DNA of 64,000 nucleotides from Vicinamibacteria bacterium. Lineage in GTDB: Bacteria > Acidobacteriota > Vicinamibacteria > Vicinamibacterales > UBA8438. Every line of letters begins with the position of its first letter. The first letter of the stretch is position 1. This document shows, in pieces, positions 19,651-31,290 of the stretch. A program made the position numbers and the translations under genes. The notes under the pieces were generated by a model. It did no database searches, was not told the DNA's origin, and saw only the letters and a program-made list of their open reading frames with translations. Location of the stretch: positions 1,062-65,061 of the forward strand of contig CAUZIB010000003.1 in the NCBI GenBank assembly GCA_963579735.1. Reading direction: 5' to 3'.

Positions 19651-20629
19651 GTGTTGGTGTATGTCGCGCTAGGATGCGCGTCGTGTGTGGTGCTGTTGGC
19701 CGGTGGCGCGGTCACGACTTTTTGGTGGGCGAGTTTCGGCCGCAGAGCGGCTAGGGGACCCGACCCCCGTGCCTGTGGTGCGCAGGGTCTCTTTGACGGG
19801 ACTAGCGGCGCTTTCATCTCCTTCAACGCCGACTCCTTCAGCGCCGATTGGTGACGTCCGCTCCGCACCGACTCGGTTGGACATCGCGCTTGAGGACGGA
19901 TCGTTCGAGATCCGCTCGGGGCCTCCCGGGAGCGACGTCCGGGTCGACGGGGAATACGCGGACAACTACTACGAATTGGTGGAAGAGTACGAACCGGCGG
20001 GCGACGAGGCGGGCCCCGTCATATCCATCCGACTCCGTCCCATCAGCTCCTTCCTGGTCCGTATGATGGCGGCGATGCGCGAGGACGATTCGTCACGACA
20101 GCCGAATGAGCTCACCGTGACGATTCCCACGGACCTTCCGATTGCCTTGACCCTCGATGTGACCAGGGGACAGTCGGATATTGATCTGGGTGGATTGACT
20201 CTCACTGAATTCGCGGTGGACTTGTCAATGGGTGACCACCGACTGGACTTTTCTGAGCCTTTGACGCGGGAGATCGACCGCGCGTCGGTCACGAGTCGCT
20301 ACGGAAACGTCGAACTCGATCATCTGGGCGACTCTCGCGCCCGAGCCTTTCACACATCGAGCAGCATGGGAAATTTCTCCGTCGACTTGGGAGGCCAGTG
20401 GGTTACCGACCAGGCGGCCGAACTTTCGCTCGAGCACTCGATGGGAGATTTGCAACTGAATATTCCGGATTCGGTCCGAATCGCCGACGATTCTCAGACC
20501 TCTGTCCGCTTTGGAGAAGTAGGGGTACTCCCAACTGAAGAGAATGGCGTGTCGACCCATGCCGGAGCGCCGCTGGTTCGACTGGACTTGTCAACGACCA
20601 TGGGCGGCACTCGAGTGACCCGCTACTAA
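19651..20629 (+). pseudogene. membrane-anchored LiaF/DUF2154/toast-rack-like beta protein with a frameshift
   Basis: TM helix in ORF 19651..19854, beta-repeat body (DL.MG repeats) in ORF 19685..20629; removing one T at 19734-19736 joins them as WWASSAAERLGDP. Confidence 0.6.
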
Positions 20630-20693
20630 ACCGCGGATCGGCCGAGCGTCCGGTTTTTCCTGTCCAGCGATACCGCCGGGACTTCGAAGCGTT

Positions 20694-21755
20694 TTACGGG
20701 TGCTGGCTTTCTTGGTTTTCGATGTTGCGATAGATCTCAAGGATGTGACGAATGTCATAGTTGCCTTCGTGACAGGCAAACTCGAACATCGGACCCTCAG
20801 TTTTTATCATGGGTATTTCCACACTCCAAGGGCGCGTCCACGTAGTCGGGTCGTCCACGGTGAACTCGTATCGGATCGTGTCGGCGTCCACGCGCGTGAA
20901 GCGTTCGACGACACGCAGGGCATCGGTGGCACCCTGAAAGCGCGTGCGACCGTTGAAGTTCGTCGACTCGACGACCAGAGTGTCGCCTTCCCAATGGCCC
21001 CGGGAGTGTCCTGGAAATAAACGGATCCCGTCCGGCAGAGTGGGGCCTCCCGCCAGAGAGATGATGCGCGGGGCGTTGTTACTGAGTTCGGTGAAGACAA
21101 CGACATTGTCCGGAGTCTGAAAGATCTGATGAATGTCGTTGTAGGCCGGCGGCAGCATTGGTGGGCCATTGTGGGGCCACGCGTAACATCGCTCTGACAG
21201 CGGCCGGGTGTGATACCCGTCAAAGTCGCCCCGCTGGCGTCGCGCGGCGCTCGCGGCAGCGGCTCGGGCCGTGGCCGCTGCGGTGCGCGGTGGTATGCGC
21301 CCATTGGGCGGGTCGGTGATGAGCGAGGTGCGGCGAGTCGACAGGCCTTTTGGCACGTCCGTGCGCAGCCACACGGAATTATCGTAGTGCACGTAGGACG
21401 GGTCACGATTGTCTTGATACAGACGTTGACTCCGCTCCTCGGTGTCATCAATGTTGATCGCGCTTCCGGCGAGCGGGTCGACACCCACAGCCGTGAGTTG
21501 CGCGTGAAGTTCGGCAGCTTCTTCCTCGGTATAGAACGCCTTGTCTGCCAGGTGCTCCGGGCGTTGCAGCGGCGTAAACGTCTGGGTGGTCCAATATCCT
21601 TGCAGGTCTGGTTTGCCGTCTGTGGTGCGTTCGGGGGTCCATGGCTGCTGAGCGGTCGTTCCGTCTGCGGCCCGAGTTTGGGCGTCTACGGCCACCGGCG
21701 CAAACAACAGCACCGTCATCGCGGTCATCACAGCGACGATTATCTGTCGGCTCAT
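20694..21755 (-). CDS. secreted conserved hypothetical protein
   Basis: GGAG RBS, signal peptide, DGKPDLQGYW...SRGHWEGDTLVV...EFACHEGN pattern typical of an expanded acidobacterial family. Confidence 0.85.
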   Translation of the reverse strand: MSRQIIVAVMTAMTVLLFAPVAVDAQTRAADGTTAQQPWTPERTTDGKPDLQGYWTTQTFTPLQRPEHLADKAFYTEEEAAELHAQLTAVGVDPLAGSAINIDDTEERSQRLYQDNRDPSYVHYDNSVWLRTDVPKGLSTRRTSLITDPPNGRIPPRTAAATARAAAASAARRQRGDFDGYHTRPLSERCYAWPHNGPPMLPPAYNDIHQIFQTPDNVVVFTELSNNAPRIISLAGGPTLPDGIRLFPGHSRGHWEGDTLVVESTNFNGRTRFQGATDALRVVERFTRVDADTIRYEFTVDDPTTWTRPWSVEIPMIKTEGPMFEFACHEGNYDIRHILEIYRNIENQESQHP

Positions 21756-21965
21756 GAGCTCTGTCTCCCACGTGCCCAACTGTACATTGAGCATTCGTAT
21801 GATGGCTCAACAATGAGCTTTCCCGCAACTCTTTGATAGTGGCTCGTCAGGTCACGAGCGCGGTCCAGTCTTCCAGAAACCGAAAATTGTCTTGAAGCAG
21901 GACTGCTACACTCGAGGATGCGTGCCGATCGGCGGCCGTCCAACGGCTGGGAGCCCAGAAGCGAG

Positions 21966-22868
21966 ATGAGAAATTGGGCGACTCTCGGGTTGGCGGTCCT
22001 CATTGGTGCTGTGGCCGCGGGAGGATTGACCTACAGGTTTTCGATACCGGCGCTTTCCGACGAGTTGTTCTACCGCGCGCGGACCGGCTGGACGTTATCG
22101 GTGCGCACCGCCGAGTCGCGTCTAGGCATTCTCGCCGGTGGACGTCTTTCCGGGCTGACGGCTCGAGTCGCGGCGCCGGACTTTTCTCTCGATGTCGAAG
22201 CCGACGCATTGCTATTTCCCCAGGTGTGGATCCCCGGGCGGGCGCTGACGGTCGACCGCGTGCAGCTCGTTGGGTCACGTCTCACGGTGGGTGTGGGCGG
22301 GCCGCTGGAGCCGCGTGCCCAGCCCGGCCTTCTTCGTTCTGAGCCTGTCTCCGAGACCGTAGACGCTGATTCAGAGGAGGCCCCGGTCCCGCCACCAGCT
22401 AGCATCGCCGGAGGTTCTCCATGGCTTGTTTTTCAGAGCCCGGTTATAGAGATGAGTGAGGCAGCCTTGACTGTTCGGTCTCCCGACGGCGTTCCCATTC
22501 TGGAAGCGAGTGGGCTTGACGCGCGGTTCACTGACCTGGAGCGACGGTCAGCGGACGAACGCGTCTACACGGCGCTGTCGGCTGCCGGCATCTTTCACAC
22601 CGACGGGTTTCGGGCCGGACGGATCCATGCTGACGAGACACAGGGCCGCATACGGATTGCCGACGGCCACGTCCTCGTGACGGAGATGACCTTGATATGC
22701 GCAGAGACTCGTCTGCGGCTGCCCGACCTCGACCTCGACCTCTTGGCCGACCCGATCTCGGTCACGACGAGAAGCAACCCCATGCGTCAAGTCCGGTCCG
22801 GCCCGGGTACTGACCCGGTCTGGGAGTCGCTCTCGTCTCCGGCCGACCTCGCCGATATCTGTCAGTAG
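21966..22868 (+). CDS. hypothetical membrane-anchored protein, AsmA-like
   Basis: Long ORF with N-terminal TM helix followed by a beta-rich region. Confidence 0.6.
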   Translation: MRNWATLGLAVLIGAVAAGGLTYRFSIPALSDELFYRARTGWTLSVRTAESRLGILAGGRLSGLTARVAAPDFSLDVEADALLFPQVWIPGRALTVDRVQLVGSRLTVGVGGPLEPRAQPGLLRSEPVSETVDADSEEAPVPPPASIAGGSPWLVFQSPVIEMSEAALTVRSPDGVPILEASGLDARFTDLERRSADERVYTALSAAGIFHTDGFRAGRIHADETQGRIRIADGHVLVTEMTLICAETRLRLPDLDLDLLADPISVTTRSNPMRQVRSGPGTDPVWESLSSPADLADICQ

Positions 22869-23027
22869 TGTCCCGCCTCAGTGATTCGTTGCATAAGTGT
22901 CGGGCGGGGCATCGCGGCTGGCGGCATTGCTTCTCAGTCGAATATGCCCAACTTTTTCGTCGTCGCGCCTGGTCGGCCGGGCGCCGCGCGCCGCGACCTA
23001 CGCACCGGATCACTGACGCGGAACACT
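22867..23027. repeat. palindromic intergenic element, copy B (161 bp)
   Basis: Arm AGTGTCCCGCCTCAGTGATTCGTTGCATAAGT versus reverse complement of the right arm AGTGTTCCGCGTCAGTGATCCGGTGCGTAGGT (26/32); family core inside; starts in the upstream TAG stop. Confidence 0.75.
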
Positions 23028-23325
23028 CGTAAACAGTACTGCCGTCAACTCGAACAACTTGCCCCTCGGGTCTTGTCGCGGCACTGGTGCGCTGTATTAT
23101 GAGAGGACTTACCTGACTCAGCGAATCGCCCGGCGCGATTCGGGGCGCGGGCTGTTGACCGACCCGAGTTTGGCTGGCGACACCGGTCGCGAAGCCGGTG
23201 TGGCGTGGCGACATGTGGGTCCGTATGGCTATCGGCCGCGGCTCGTTTGAGCGGAGAGTGACATGAATACGCATGTCACGACGGGAAACACAGGATGACC
23301 GGCATCTTGCCGGGCACAGGCGCCG

Positions 23326-24810
23326 ATGAGTGGGCGATCGCCGGTGAGCGGCGGTAGCGTGCAGCAGGGGCGCGGGCTACACGCACGGGTACGAGAGCAG
23401 ATTCGCCGGGAGGAGCTGATTCCACCCCACGGGCGGGTGGTCATCGCCCTGTCTGGTGGTTCAGACTCAGTGGCCCTGACCCTTCTGCTGGGTGAAGTGG
23501 CGTCAGATCTTGGCTTCACCATAGCGGGTGTCGCTCACCTGAACCACTGGTTGCGAGGGTCGGCCCGAGAGGACGAGCGCTTTTGTCGCGGGTTTGCCCA
23601 GGAGTTGTCGTTACCAATCGTCACGGAGACCGTCGATGTGTCCGCGTCGGCACGGCTCGCGCGGATTTCGCTCGAGGATGCCGGGCATCGCGAGCGGTAC
23701 CAGTTTTTCAACAGAACGCTCGAATCGTTTGGGGCTGATCGTGTTGCAACGGCGCACACGCGCGACGATCAAGCCGAAACCGTTCTGATGCGTTTGTTGC
23801 GGGGGGCCGGTCCGGGGGGCCTGGGCGGGATCTATCCGCAGTCAGGCCGCGTCATTCGGCCTTTGCTCGGGGTCGGGAAAAACGAGCTAAGGTCATTTCT
23901 TGCGGAACGGGGTCAGACGTATCACGAGGATGAGACCAACGCGGATGTCAATGTCACGCGGAACCGCGTCAGGCACGAGCTGATCCCGCTTCTCGAGCGG
24001 CGCTTCTCGCCGTCGGTAATGGAGGCATTGGCGCGCGATGCGAATATTGCCCGTCACGACTCGGCGTGGCTTGAGTCCGTGGCGAACGTGGCGCACACCA
24101 AGTGCGTCATATATAGAGACGGTACGGCGAGGCTGGAGGGCGAGCCCGTGGCGGGTCTTCCGACCGCGGTCGCGCGGCGCGTTGTGAAGCAGGCCCTCGA
24201 GCGTATTGCGGGGGCGACAGCGGGATTCGACCAGGTCGAGCGCGTTCTGACTCTGTCCAGGTCCCAGTCGCGCCGGGCGGATGCTGACCTGCCGGGCTGT
24301 CGGGTGAGCCTTCGCGATGGACTGCTGACGATTCGCCCACCTCGTCTGCGTCGGTTGTCCACGCCCGGCGGGCCGGAGGCCACGGGGTTTGAGTATCGTT
24401 TGCCAGTCCCCGGTCAGGTGTGCGTGGTTGAAGCCGGGGTCGTTCTGTCAAGCGAAGAGGTGTCTGGTGGGCAGGTGCCGGCGGAAATGAGGGCGGCGGT
24501 GGCCGCCGGCCAGGTGGCCTACGTGGACGGGCGCAGGCTGTTGGACGGCCTGGTCGTGAGAAGCCGTAAACCGGGAGACGCGTTGCGGCCTTTGGGGCTT
24601 GGAGGGCGCAAGAAGCTGCAGGATGTGTTTGTGGACCGGAAAGTGCCTCGGGCTGAGCGGAAGTTGATACCGGTGGTGACGGACACGACGGACGGGATTG
24701 TCTGGGTCGTTGGCCACGGAATCGCCGAAGACTTTCGTGTGACGTCGGCCAGCGAAGGCATGCTAATCTTGAAGGCACGGAGCCTTAAAGAAGTTGGAGG
24801 AGCTGGGTGA
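23326..24810 (+). CDS. tilS: tRNA(Ile)-lysidine synthetase
   Basis: [24 protein letters not shown], TilS C-terminal domain. Confidence 0.96.
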   Translation: MSGRSPVSGGSVQQGRGLHARVREQIRREELIPPHGRVVIALSGGSDSVALTLLLGEVASDLGFTIAGVAHLNHWLRGSAREDERFCRGFAQELSLPIVTETVDVSASARLARISLEDAGHRERYQFFNRTLESFGADRVATAHTRDDQAETVLMRLLRGAGPGGLGGIYPQSGRVIRPLLGVGKNELRSFLAERGQTYHEDETNADVNVTRNRVRHELIPLLERRFSPSVMEALARDANIARHDSAWLESVANVAHTKCVIYRDGTARLEGEPVAGLPTAVARRVVKQALERIAGATAGFDQVERVLTLSRSQSRRADADLPGCRVSLRDGLLTIRPPRLRRLSTPGGPEATGFEYRLPVPGQVCVVEAGVVLSSEEVSGGQVPAEMRAAVAAGQVAYVDGRRLLDGLVVRSRKPGDALRPLGLGGRKKLQDVFVDRKVPRAERKLIPVVTDTTDGIVWVVGHGIAEDFRVTSASEGMLILKARSLKEVGGAG

Positions 24811-26726
24811 ACTCGACCCTGCGAAGTCTCGTTTTTTGGATGGTCCTGGTCGTTGTCGTATTTCTGATTTGGAATGTGTCCACACAGTTCCAAACGGCCG
24901 ACGACTCGGTTGCCTTCAGTGATTTCTTGCGCCAGGTCGACGGCGGTGATGTACAAAGCGTCGAAATGACCGGTAATGAGGTGACCGGTGTCCGCTCCGG
25001 CGGCGGGCGGTTCCGCACGTACGCGCCTCCCCAATACGAGGGGTTGGTCAACCGTCTTGTCGAACGAGACGTGGCCGTCACCGCGAAAGAGGCAACCTCC
25101 AGCCCGTGGGCAACACTCCTGTATTCATGGGCGCCGATTCTGCTGATTATCGGGTTCTGGATCTTCTTTATGCGACAGATGCAGAGTGGCGGCAACAAGG
25201 CGCTGTCATTCGGCAAGAGTCGTGCGAAGCTCTCGTCGAGTACCCAGAAGAAGGTGACGTTCAAGGACGTCGCGGGTGTCGAGGAACCAAAAGAAGAACT
25301 CGAGGAGATCATCGATTTTCTCAAAGAGCCGCAGAAATTTCAGAAACTCGGCGGCCGTATTCCCAAAGGCGTTTTGTTGATGGGCGCTCCGGGAACCGGC
25401 AAGACCTTGCTGGCCCGCGCGGTGGCCGGCGAAGCAAATGTGCCGTTCTTCTCGATCAGTGGCTCGGACTTTGTCGAAATGTTTGTCGGGGTTGGGGCGT
25501 CCCGGGTGCGCGACCTCTTTGAACAGGGCAAGAAGAACGCCCCCTGCATTGTCTTTATCGACGAAATCGACGCGGTGGGACGCCACCGGGGTGCTGGCTT
25601 GGGTGGCGGGCACGACGAGCGCGAGCAGACTCTCAACCAGCTGTTGGTCGAAATGGACGGCTTCGAGTCAAACGAAGGTGTCATCCTGGTCGCCGCCACG
25701 AATCGACCTGACGTGCTCGATCCTGCCTTGCTACGGCCGGGCCGCTTCGACCGGCGGATCGTCGTCAACCAACCGGATGTCAATGGTCGTGAGGGGATCC
25801 TCGCGGTGCATACCCGCAAGATCCCCTTGTCTGACGACGTCGATTCCCACGTGCTCGCACGCGGCACGTCCGGCTTCTCGGGAGCAGACCTCGCGAATCT
25901 GGTGAACGAAGCAGCGCTCAATGCCGCTCGCTACAACCAGAAGGTCGTTCGGATGGAGGACTTCGAATTCGCCAAAGACAAGGTGCTGATGGGGTCGGAG
26001 CGTCGCTCGATGATCATCAGCGACGAAGAAAAGAAGGTCACGGCTGTCCACGAGGCAGGGCACGCGTTGCTCACCGTCTTACTGCCACACGCGGACCCCA
26101 TTCACAAGGTCACCATCATCCCGCGGGGCATGGCGCTCGGTCTCACGCAGCAGCTCCCGATGGACGACAAACACAACTATTCGCGCGACTATCTCGAGGA
26201 CCAAATCGCGATCTTGCTTGGCGGGCGTATTGCTGAGGAGCTCACCCAGGACGACATCACGACCGGTGCCGGCAACGACCTCGACCGGGCGACCGACCTG
26301 TCGCGAAAAATGGTCTGCGAATGGGGCATGAGTGATGCCATGGGACCGCTGACGTTTGGGAAAAAGGAAGAGCAGATTTTCCTCGGTCGAGATCTTGCCC
26401 AGAAGGCAGAATATAGCCCAGAGACGGCCGTGCGAATCGACCAGGAGCAGAAAGCGATCGTGACTCGCAATTATGACCGAGCCCGCGAGACGTTGGCGAC
26501 TCACAAGCGCGAGTTGACAAACATCGCAGAGGAGCTTCTGATTCGAGAAGTGCTCGATGCGGACCAAGTGCGACGGATGGCGCGAGGCGAGAAACTGACC
26601 GAACCTGTGCCGGTGCCAAAGTCATCGTCGACACCGCCTCTGGGCGACGCCGACCCCGCGGAGGCAAAACAGCCGCCGGTCGTCTCGCCAGTGCCGTCGC
26701 TGGACGGGGCCGTGCCCCAGGAGTAA
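24807..26726 (+). CDS. ftsH: ATP-dependent zinc metalloprotease FtsH
   Basis: Two TM helices, [25 protein letters not shown]. Confidence 0.99.
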   Translation: MNSTLRSLVFWMVLVVVVFLIWNVSTQFQTADDSVAFSDFLRQVDGGDVQSVEMTGNEVTGVRSGGGRFRTYAPPQYEGLVNRLVERDVAVTAKEATSSPWATLLYSWAPILLIIGFWIFFMRQMQSGGNKALSFGKSRAKLSSSTQKKVTFKDVAGVEEPKEELEEIIDFLKEPQKFQKLGGRIPKGVLLMGAPGTGKTLLARAVAGEANVPFFSISGSDFVEMFVGVGASRVRDLFEQGKKNAPCIVFIDEIDAVGRHRGAGLGGGHDEREQTLNQLLVEMDGFESNEGVILVAATNRPDVLDPALLRPGRFDRRIVVNQPDVNGREGILAVHTRKIPLSDDVDSHVLARGTSGFSGADLANLVNEAALNAARYNQKVVRMEDFEFAKDKVLMGSERRSMIISDEEKKVTAVHEAGHALLTVLLPHADPIHKVTIIPRGMALGLTQQLPMDDKHNYSRDYLEDQIAILLGGRIAEELTQDDITTGAGNDLDRATDLSRKMVCEWGMSDAMGPLTFGKKEEQIFLGRDLAQKAEYSPETAVRIDQEQKAIVTRNYDRARETLATHKRELTNIAEELLIREVLDADQVRRMARGEKLTEPVPVPKSSSTPPLGDADPAEAKQPPVVSPVPSLDGAVPQE

Positions 26727-26820
26727 TCCGCTTCAGACCTCGGAGCGTCCGAGCCGATCTCTGGCGCTCTGCAGCAGGGCTGCTCTGCCACAGTTCACAA
26801 CCGATCGGCGATGTTATTCG

Positions 26821-27669
26821 TTGCGGCTTCCGGACGGCCGGTCGCTGGATCTTGGGCGACATACGTTGCTCATGGGCATCCTCAACGTGACCCCCGATTC
26901 GTTTGCCGATGGCGGGAGATACCTCGACCCTGATCGCGCCGCCGAGATGGCCGCGAGCCTTGAAGCCGATGGCGCGGACATCATCGATATCGGAGGAGAA
27001 TCGACCCGCCCGGGCGCGGACCCAGTCAGCGAAGAAGACGAGCTCGCGCGCGTAATCCCGGTGCTTGACAAGGTCGTGTCTCAGGTCAGCATCCCGGTGT
27101 CGGTCGATACATACAAGGGCGCTGTCGCGCAACACGCAATCGATCATGGCGCGTCGATTGTCAACGACATCTCAGCACTCGGCTATGATCCGCGTCTGGT
27201 CGATGTCTTGGTCGCCACGGACGTGCCTATCGTACTGATGCACAACCGCGGCCGGCCCCGCGAGATGTATCACGACGCCCACTACGAGAATACGCCGGGC
27301 GAGATTTCCGGCGAGCTCGCCCGGGTCGTCGAGCGGGCGACGGACGCTGGCGTTTCGCCGGAGCAGATCATCGTTGATCCCGGGCTTGGGTTCGCGAAAC
27401 AGGCGGCGCACAGCTTTCGAGCACTCGCCAGCGTGACGGCGCTCCGCGAGCTGGACCACCCGATACTGGTTGGCCCGTCGCGAAAGTCGTTTTTGACCCG
27501 GGTGCTCGGGGAACGTCTGCCGTCGGATCGGGAGTGGGGGACCGCCGCCGCCGTTACGGCAGCGGTGCTGGGGGGGGCGCACATCGTGAGGGTGCACGGC
27601 GTGGGGGCGATGGCCGACGTGGTCAAAGTGGCGGACGAGCTGGTGGCATCGTCCGAGCCGATGTCATGA
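26821..27669 (+). CDS. folP: dihydropteroate synthase
   Basis: MGILNVTPDSF.DGG, GGESTRPG, DPGLGFAK, SRKSF, RVH. Confidence 0.97.
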   Translation: MRLPDGRSLDLGRHTLLMGILNVTPDSFADGGRYLDPDRAAEMAASLEADGADIIDIGGESTRPGADPVSEEDELARVIPVLDKVVSQVSIPVSVDTYKGAVAQHAIDHGASIVNDISALGYDPRLVDVLVATDVPIVLMHNRGRPREMYHDAHYENTPGEISGELARVVERATDAGVSPEQIIVDPGLGFAKQAAHSFRALASVTALRELDHPILVGPSRKSFLTRVLGERLPSDREWGTAAAVTAAVLGGAHIVRVHGVGAMADVVKVADELVASSEPMS

Positions 27670-28481
27670 CGAGCTCATTCCTCAGCGTCTGGCCTCGGGC
27701 GGGTCTCGATTGGCTCGACCTGGTTGATATTGCCGTCGTCGCGTTTCTGGTCTACGAGTTTCTGAAGCTCATCCGTCGCACCCGTGCCGTCCAGATGGTG
27801 CTGGGCGTCTTGCTGGTCGTGGGGTTGTATTACGTGTCGGAACGGGCGCCGCTGCCAACAGTGAATTGGCTCGTCCGCGGCATGTTCGGCTATGTCGTGT
27901 TCATCGCGATCGTGCTGTTTCAGGCGGACATCCGGCGGGCGTTGTCCAGTCTGGGGCGCGCTCCGTTTTTTCGACTCTTCGGGCGGTCGGCGACGAGTGA
28001 CGAGACGATTGAAGAAGTGGTGACGGCGGCATCCATGCTGGCGAACAAGAAGGTAGGCGCTATTGTCGTCATCGAGCGCGACATCGGACTGCGGAATTTC
28101 GTGGAGAGCGGGATTCCTTTGGACTCGACAGTGACCTACGACCTGCTGGTCAGCGTGTTTCAGACCGAGTCGCCGCTCCACGATGGCGCGGTCATCATCC
28201 AGGAGAATCGGATCGCTGCCGCTGCGTGCTTTCTCCCACTCACAGTGAATCCTCGGTTGAGCAGAGCTCTCGGGTCGCGGCATCGCGCGGCGATCGGTCT
28301 CAGTGAGGAATGCGATGCCGTCGCCATCATCGTCTCAGAGGAGAGCGGGTCTCTCTCGGTCTCTCTCGATGGTCAGATAGAGCGAGACCTGTCTGTCGAG
28401 CAACTTCAGGAGCGGCTGGAAACGCTGGTGCGGCCTCGACCGACGCGCGCACCCTCGGACCGCTACGGTTTGGAGCGCTAG
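27666..28481 (+). CDS. cdaA: membrane-bound diadenylate cyclase CdaA/DacA
   Basis: Three TM helices, PLHDGA, G.RHRAA, VSEE; ATGA overlap with folP. Confidence 0.95.
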   Translation: MTSSFLSVWPRAGLDWLDLVDIAVVAFLVYEFLKLIRRTRAVQMVLGVLLVVGLYYVSERAPLPTVNWLVRGMFGYVVFIAIVLFQADIRRALSSLGRAPFFRLFGRSATSDETIEEVVTAASMLANKKVGAIVVIERDIGLRNFVESGIPLDSTVTYDLLVSVFQTESPLHDGAVIIQENRIAAAACFLPLTVNPRLSRALGSRHRAAIGLSEECDAVAIIVSEESGSLSVSLDGQIERDLSVEQLQERLETLVRPRPTRAPSDRYGLER

Positions 28482-28524
28482 TGCACCTTCAACTGGCGCA
28501 CCGGCAACTGGTGGACCGCGCACG

Positions 28525-29196
28525 ATGAACTTTCACCCGCTTCGCGATTCGTGGCTCAAAGCAGTGTCACTTGTGCTTGCGGTCTCGCTGTGGATGGTTG
28601 TTGCCGGCGAGCCGGTAGTGGAGCGCGGTCTCGATGTTCCCCTTGAGTTCGAGAATGTGCCGCGGGGCCTGGCGGTCTTGGGGGACGAGACGGATTCGGT
28701 CCGGGTGCGGGTTCGCGGGCTCGCCAGCGCCCTCGCCCGGATCGCTCCGGGGACGGTCGTGGCGCGGCTCGACCTCTCAGGAGAGCGACCGGGACGGAAG
28801 CTTTACGACCTGTTCCCCGGCGCTATCGAAGCACCGCCCGGAGTGGAGGTCACGAGCGTCATACCGGCGACTGTTACGCTAACGCTCGAGCGCACCGGCA
28901 CTACACGGATGGAGCCCATTGTTCCCGATAGTGACAGGATGGCGCCAAACGGGCTCCGGTCCGGTCGAACGGCCCCCGGGTCTCGAGCCCGCGAGAGGCG
29001 CGTATCGCACCGGTCTCCGGCTATGATGGCGGAGATACTACGCCGCTTGCGGCGGTCGTCGGCATCAGTAGTCTTGCTGAGCTCTCGCACCGCCGATACA
29101 ATCTGCCCGTCGCGGTGGAGTCGGAGCCGTCGGTGCAGCTCGACCCTTGGTAACCAGAGTACACATCATCTGGCCGCGGTCTATGTTTGGCACTGA
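28525..29196 (+). CDS. cdaR: CdaR/YbbR-domain regulator with degenerate C-terminal part
   Basis: LKAVSLVLAVSLW anchor and one intact YbbR domain; reads as non-protein after about 28930; a YbbR-like remnant (RRYNLPVAVE) lies in another frame. Confidence 0.75.
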   Translation: MNFHPLRDSWLKAVSLVLAVSLWMVVAGEPVVERGLDVPLEFENVPRGLAVLGDETDSVRVRVRGLASALARIAPGTVVARLDLSGERPGRKLYDLFPGAIEAPPGVEVTSVIPATVTLTLERTGTTRMEPIVPDSDRMAPNGLRSGRTAPGSRARERRVSHRSPAMMAEILRRLRRSSASVVLLSSRTADTICPSRWSRSRRCSSTLGNQSTHHLAAVYVWH

Positions 29197-30511
29197 CGGA
29201 GTCAGGGGGACCCCTGGTCGTTACCCGCTTGATGCTGAAACCGTGGAGCGTCTCGGCGCGGCGACGATACAGGAGCTCGCGGTGGAGCGGCCACGATTGC
29301 TGGTCGCACGCGATACCCGAGAGTCTGGACCCACGATCGAGCAACAGTTGGCCCGCGGAGTGTTTGCTCAGCAGGGCTCGCTGGTCAGCGTAGGCGTCTT
29401 GCCCACGCCCGCGGCAGCTTGGTTGGCCTCGTCTGCGGACTTCGATGGGGCGTTTGTCATTTCCGCCTCTCACAATCCATTTCCAGACAACGGGATCAAG
29501 TTGTTGACCGGCGATGGTGAGAAAGCCTCGCCGGCTCTTGAGTCGCGTATCGCCGACCGTGTCGGCGACCCGTCGTGGGCCCCCGACCTCTCGTCTGGGC
29601 CACCGCTAGAAACACGCGACATGATCCCGGACTATGAGGGGTTCTTGAAAACCATCCTTCCATCCGACACACCGGGGGCGTCGACGCGTATCGCTATCGA
29701 CTGCGCCAACGGCGCGACCAGTACCGTCGCTCCTCACCTTTTTCGTGAGCTGGGCTTTGACGCGGTGGTGTGTCACGCGGCTCCCGACGGCCGCAACATC
29801 AACGATGGGTGTGGCTCTACTCACCCCGAGTCGTTGGCCGCCGTTGTGCGGAGGCAGGCGTGTCGTCTGGGGGTGGCGTTCGATGGCGATGGCGACCGCG
29901 TCATTCTTGTTGATGCCGCCGGAACGGTCGTCGACGGCGACGCCATGTTGTTTATTTGCGCATCGCATTTCGCGTCCACGGGTCGATTGCCAGGCGACAG
30001 TATCGTTGCGACCGTCATGAGCAATATTGGTCTCGAGGTCTCACTTCGAGCCGTCGGGGTTGGAATGTATCGATGTCCCGTCGGAGACCGGTCGGTGCGA
30101 GAGGCTATGGACGAGCACGGTGTGTCGCTCGGCGGTGAACAGTCCGGGCACATCATTTTCTCGGATCGACTGCCGACCGGTGACGGTTTGGCGACCGCGT
30201 TGTCGGTGATCCAAGTGATGCACGAGACTGGTCGTGAGCTTGCCGATCTCCGTCGTGGGCTCACTGTCTATCCTCAAGTTCTTCTCAATGTGACGGTTCA
30301 GCGCAAACCCGATCTGGCTGCCGAGCCGAAGATTATGGCTGCGACGACGGAGGCTGAACGCACGCTCGGCGATCAAGGGCGGGTGCTGGTTCGCTATTCC
30401 GGAACCGAGCCGATTCTGCGGATCATGATCGAGGGGCCAGACGACGAGTTGATTCAGAGATTGGCCGAGTCCATCGCTCACTGCGTGCGCCAGCGACTGG
30501 GCCGGGGATAA
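29183..30511 (+). CDS. glmM: phosphoglucosamine mutase
   Basis: [36 protein letters not shown]. Confidence 0.97.
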   Translation: MFGTDGVRGTPGRYPLDAETVERLGAATIQELAVERPRLLVARDTRESGPTIEQQLARGVFAQQGSLVSVGVLPTPAAAWLASSADFDGAFVISASHNPFPDNGIKLLTGDGEKASPALESRIADRVGDPSWAPDLSSGPPLETRDMIPDYEGFLKTILPSDTPGASTRIAIDCANGATSTVAPHLFRELGFDAVVCHAAPDGRNINDGCGSTHPESLAAVVRRQACRLGVAFDGDGDRVILVDAAGTVVDGDAMLFICASHFASTGRLPGDSIVATVMSNIGLEVSLRAVGVGMYRCPVGDRSVREAMDEHGVSLGGEQSGHIIFSDRLPTGDGLATALSVIQVMHETGRELADLRRGLTVYPQVLLNVTVQRKPDLAAEPKIMAATTEAERTLGDQGRVLVRYSGTEPILRIMIEGPDDELIQRLAESIAHCVRQRLGRG

Positions 30512-30512
30512 C

Positions 30513-31241
30513 GTGATGAGTTCCGGATTTATCCGTCTCGGCGTGAATATCGATCACGTGGCGACTGTTCGCCAAGCGCGGCGTGCGCCCGAGCCCGAGC
30601 CTGTCGCGGCGGCGGTGCTGGCGGAACTCGCCGGCGCGGATGGCATCACCGTGCACCTCCGTGGCGATCGCCGGCACATCCGAGAGCGTGACGTCGATCT
30701 GCTCCGGCAGGTGCTGTCGACCCGGTTGAACGTGGAGATGGCTGCAACACCGGAGATGATCGCCATCGTCAAACGGATCGGTCCCGCTCAAGTGACCCTG
30801 GTCCCAGAACGTCCGAATGAGCTGACCACGACCGGCGGTCTGAATATCACGCGTCACAAGGCCGGGTTGAAGAAGGCGGTTGCCCGACTCCAACGCGCGG
30901 GGATCGCGGTGAGTGTCTTTGTCGATCCGAGCCCGAGGCAGGTTGCCGGTGCCGTCGCGATCGGCGCCACCGCGGTCGAGATCAACACCGGCCCGTATGC
31001 AGACGCGCTCGGGGTTCTGCGGGACGCGGAGCGCGAAAAAGTGGCGCGGACCGCGGGGGGCGCGGTCGAAGCCGGGCTGGAGGTGCTGGCGGGGCACGGA
31101 TTGACATACCGCAACGTCCGGCCGGTGGCGGCCATTACGGACATCGCAGAGTTGAATATTGGCCACAGCATTGTGTCTCGAGCGGTGCTCGTGGGGATGG
31201 AGCGCGCGGTTCGGGAGATGCTCACGCTGGTTCAACGTTGA
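30513..31241 (+). CDS. pdxJ: pyridoxine 5'-phosphate synthase
   Basis: [33 protein letters not shown]. Confidence 0.97.
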   Translation: MMSSGFIRLGVNIDHVATVRQARRAPEPEPVAAAVLAELAGADGITVHLRGDRRHIRERDVDLLRQVLSTRLNVEMAATPEMIAIVKRIGPAQVTLVPERPNELTTTGGLNITRHKAGLKKAVARLQRAGIAVSVFVDPSPRQVAGAVAIGATAVEINTGPYADALGVLRDAEREKVARTAGGAVEAGLEVLAGHGLTYRNVRPVAAITDIAELNIGHSIVSRAVLVGMERAVREMLTLVQR

Positions 31242-31290
31242 TCTATCATGCAACTTGGGTAAACTCCGGCCGCTGGCCGAACGACTCACT

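Noticed and set aside
22881-23274. Short ORFs upstream of tilS
   Set aside because: They overlap repeat copy B and have no RBS or motifs.
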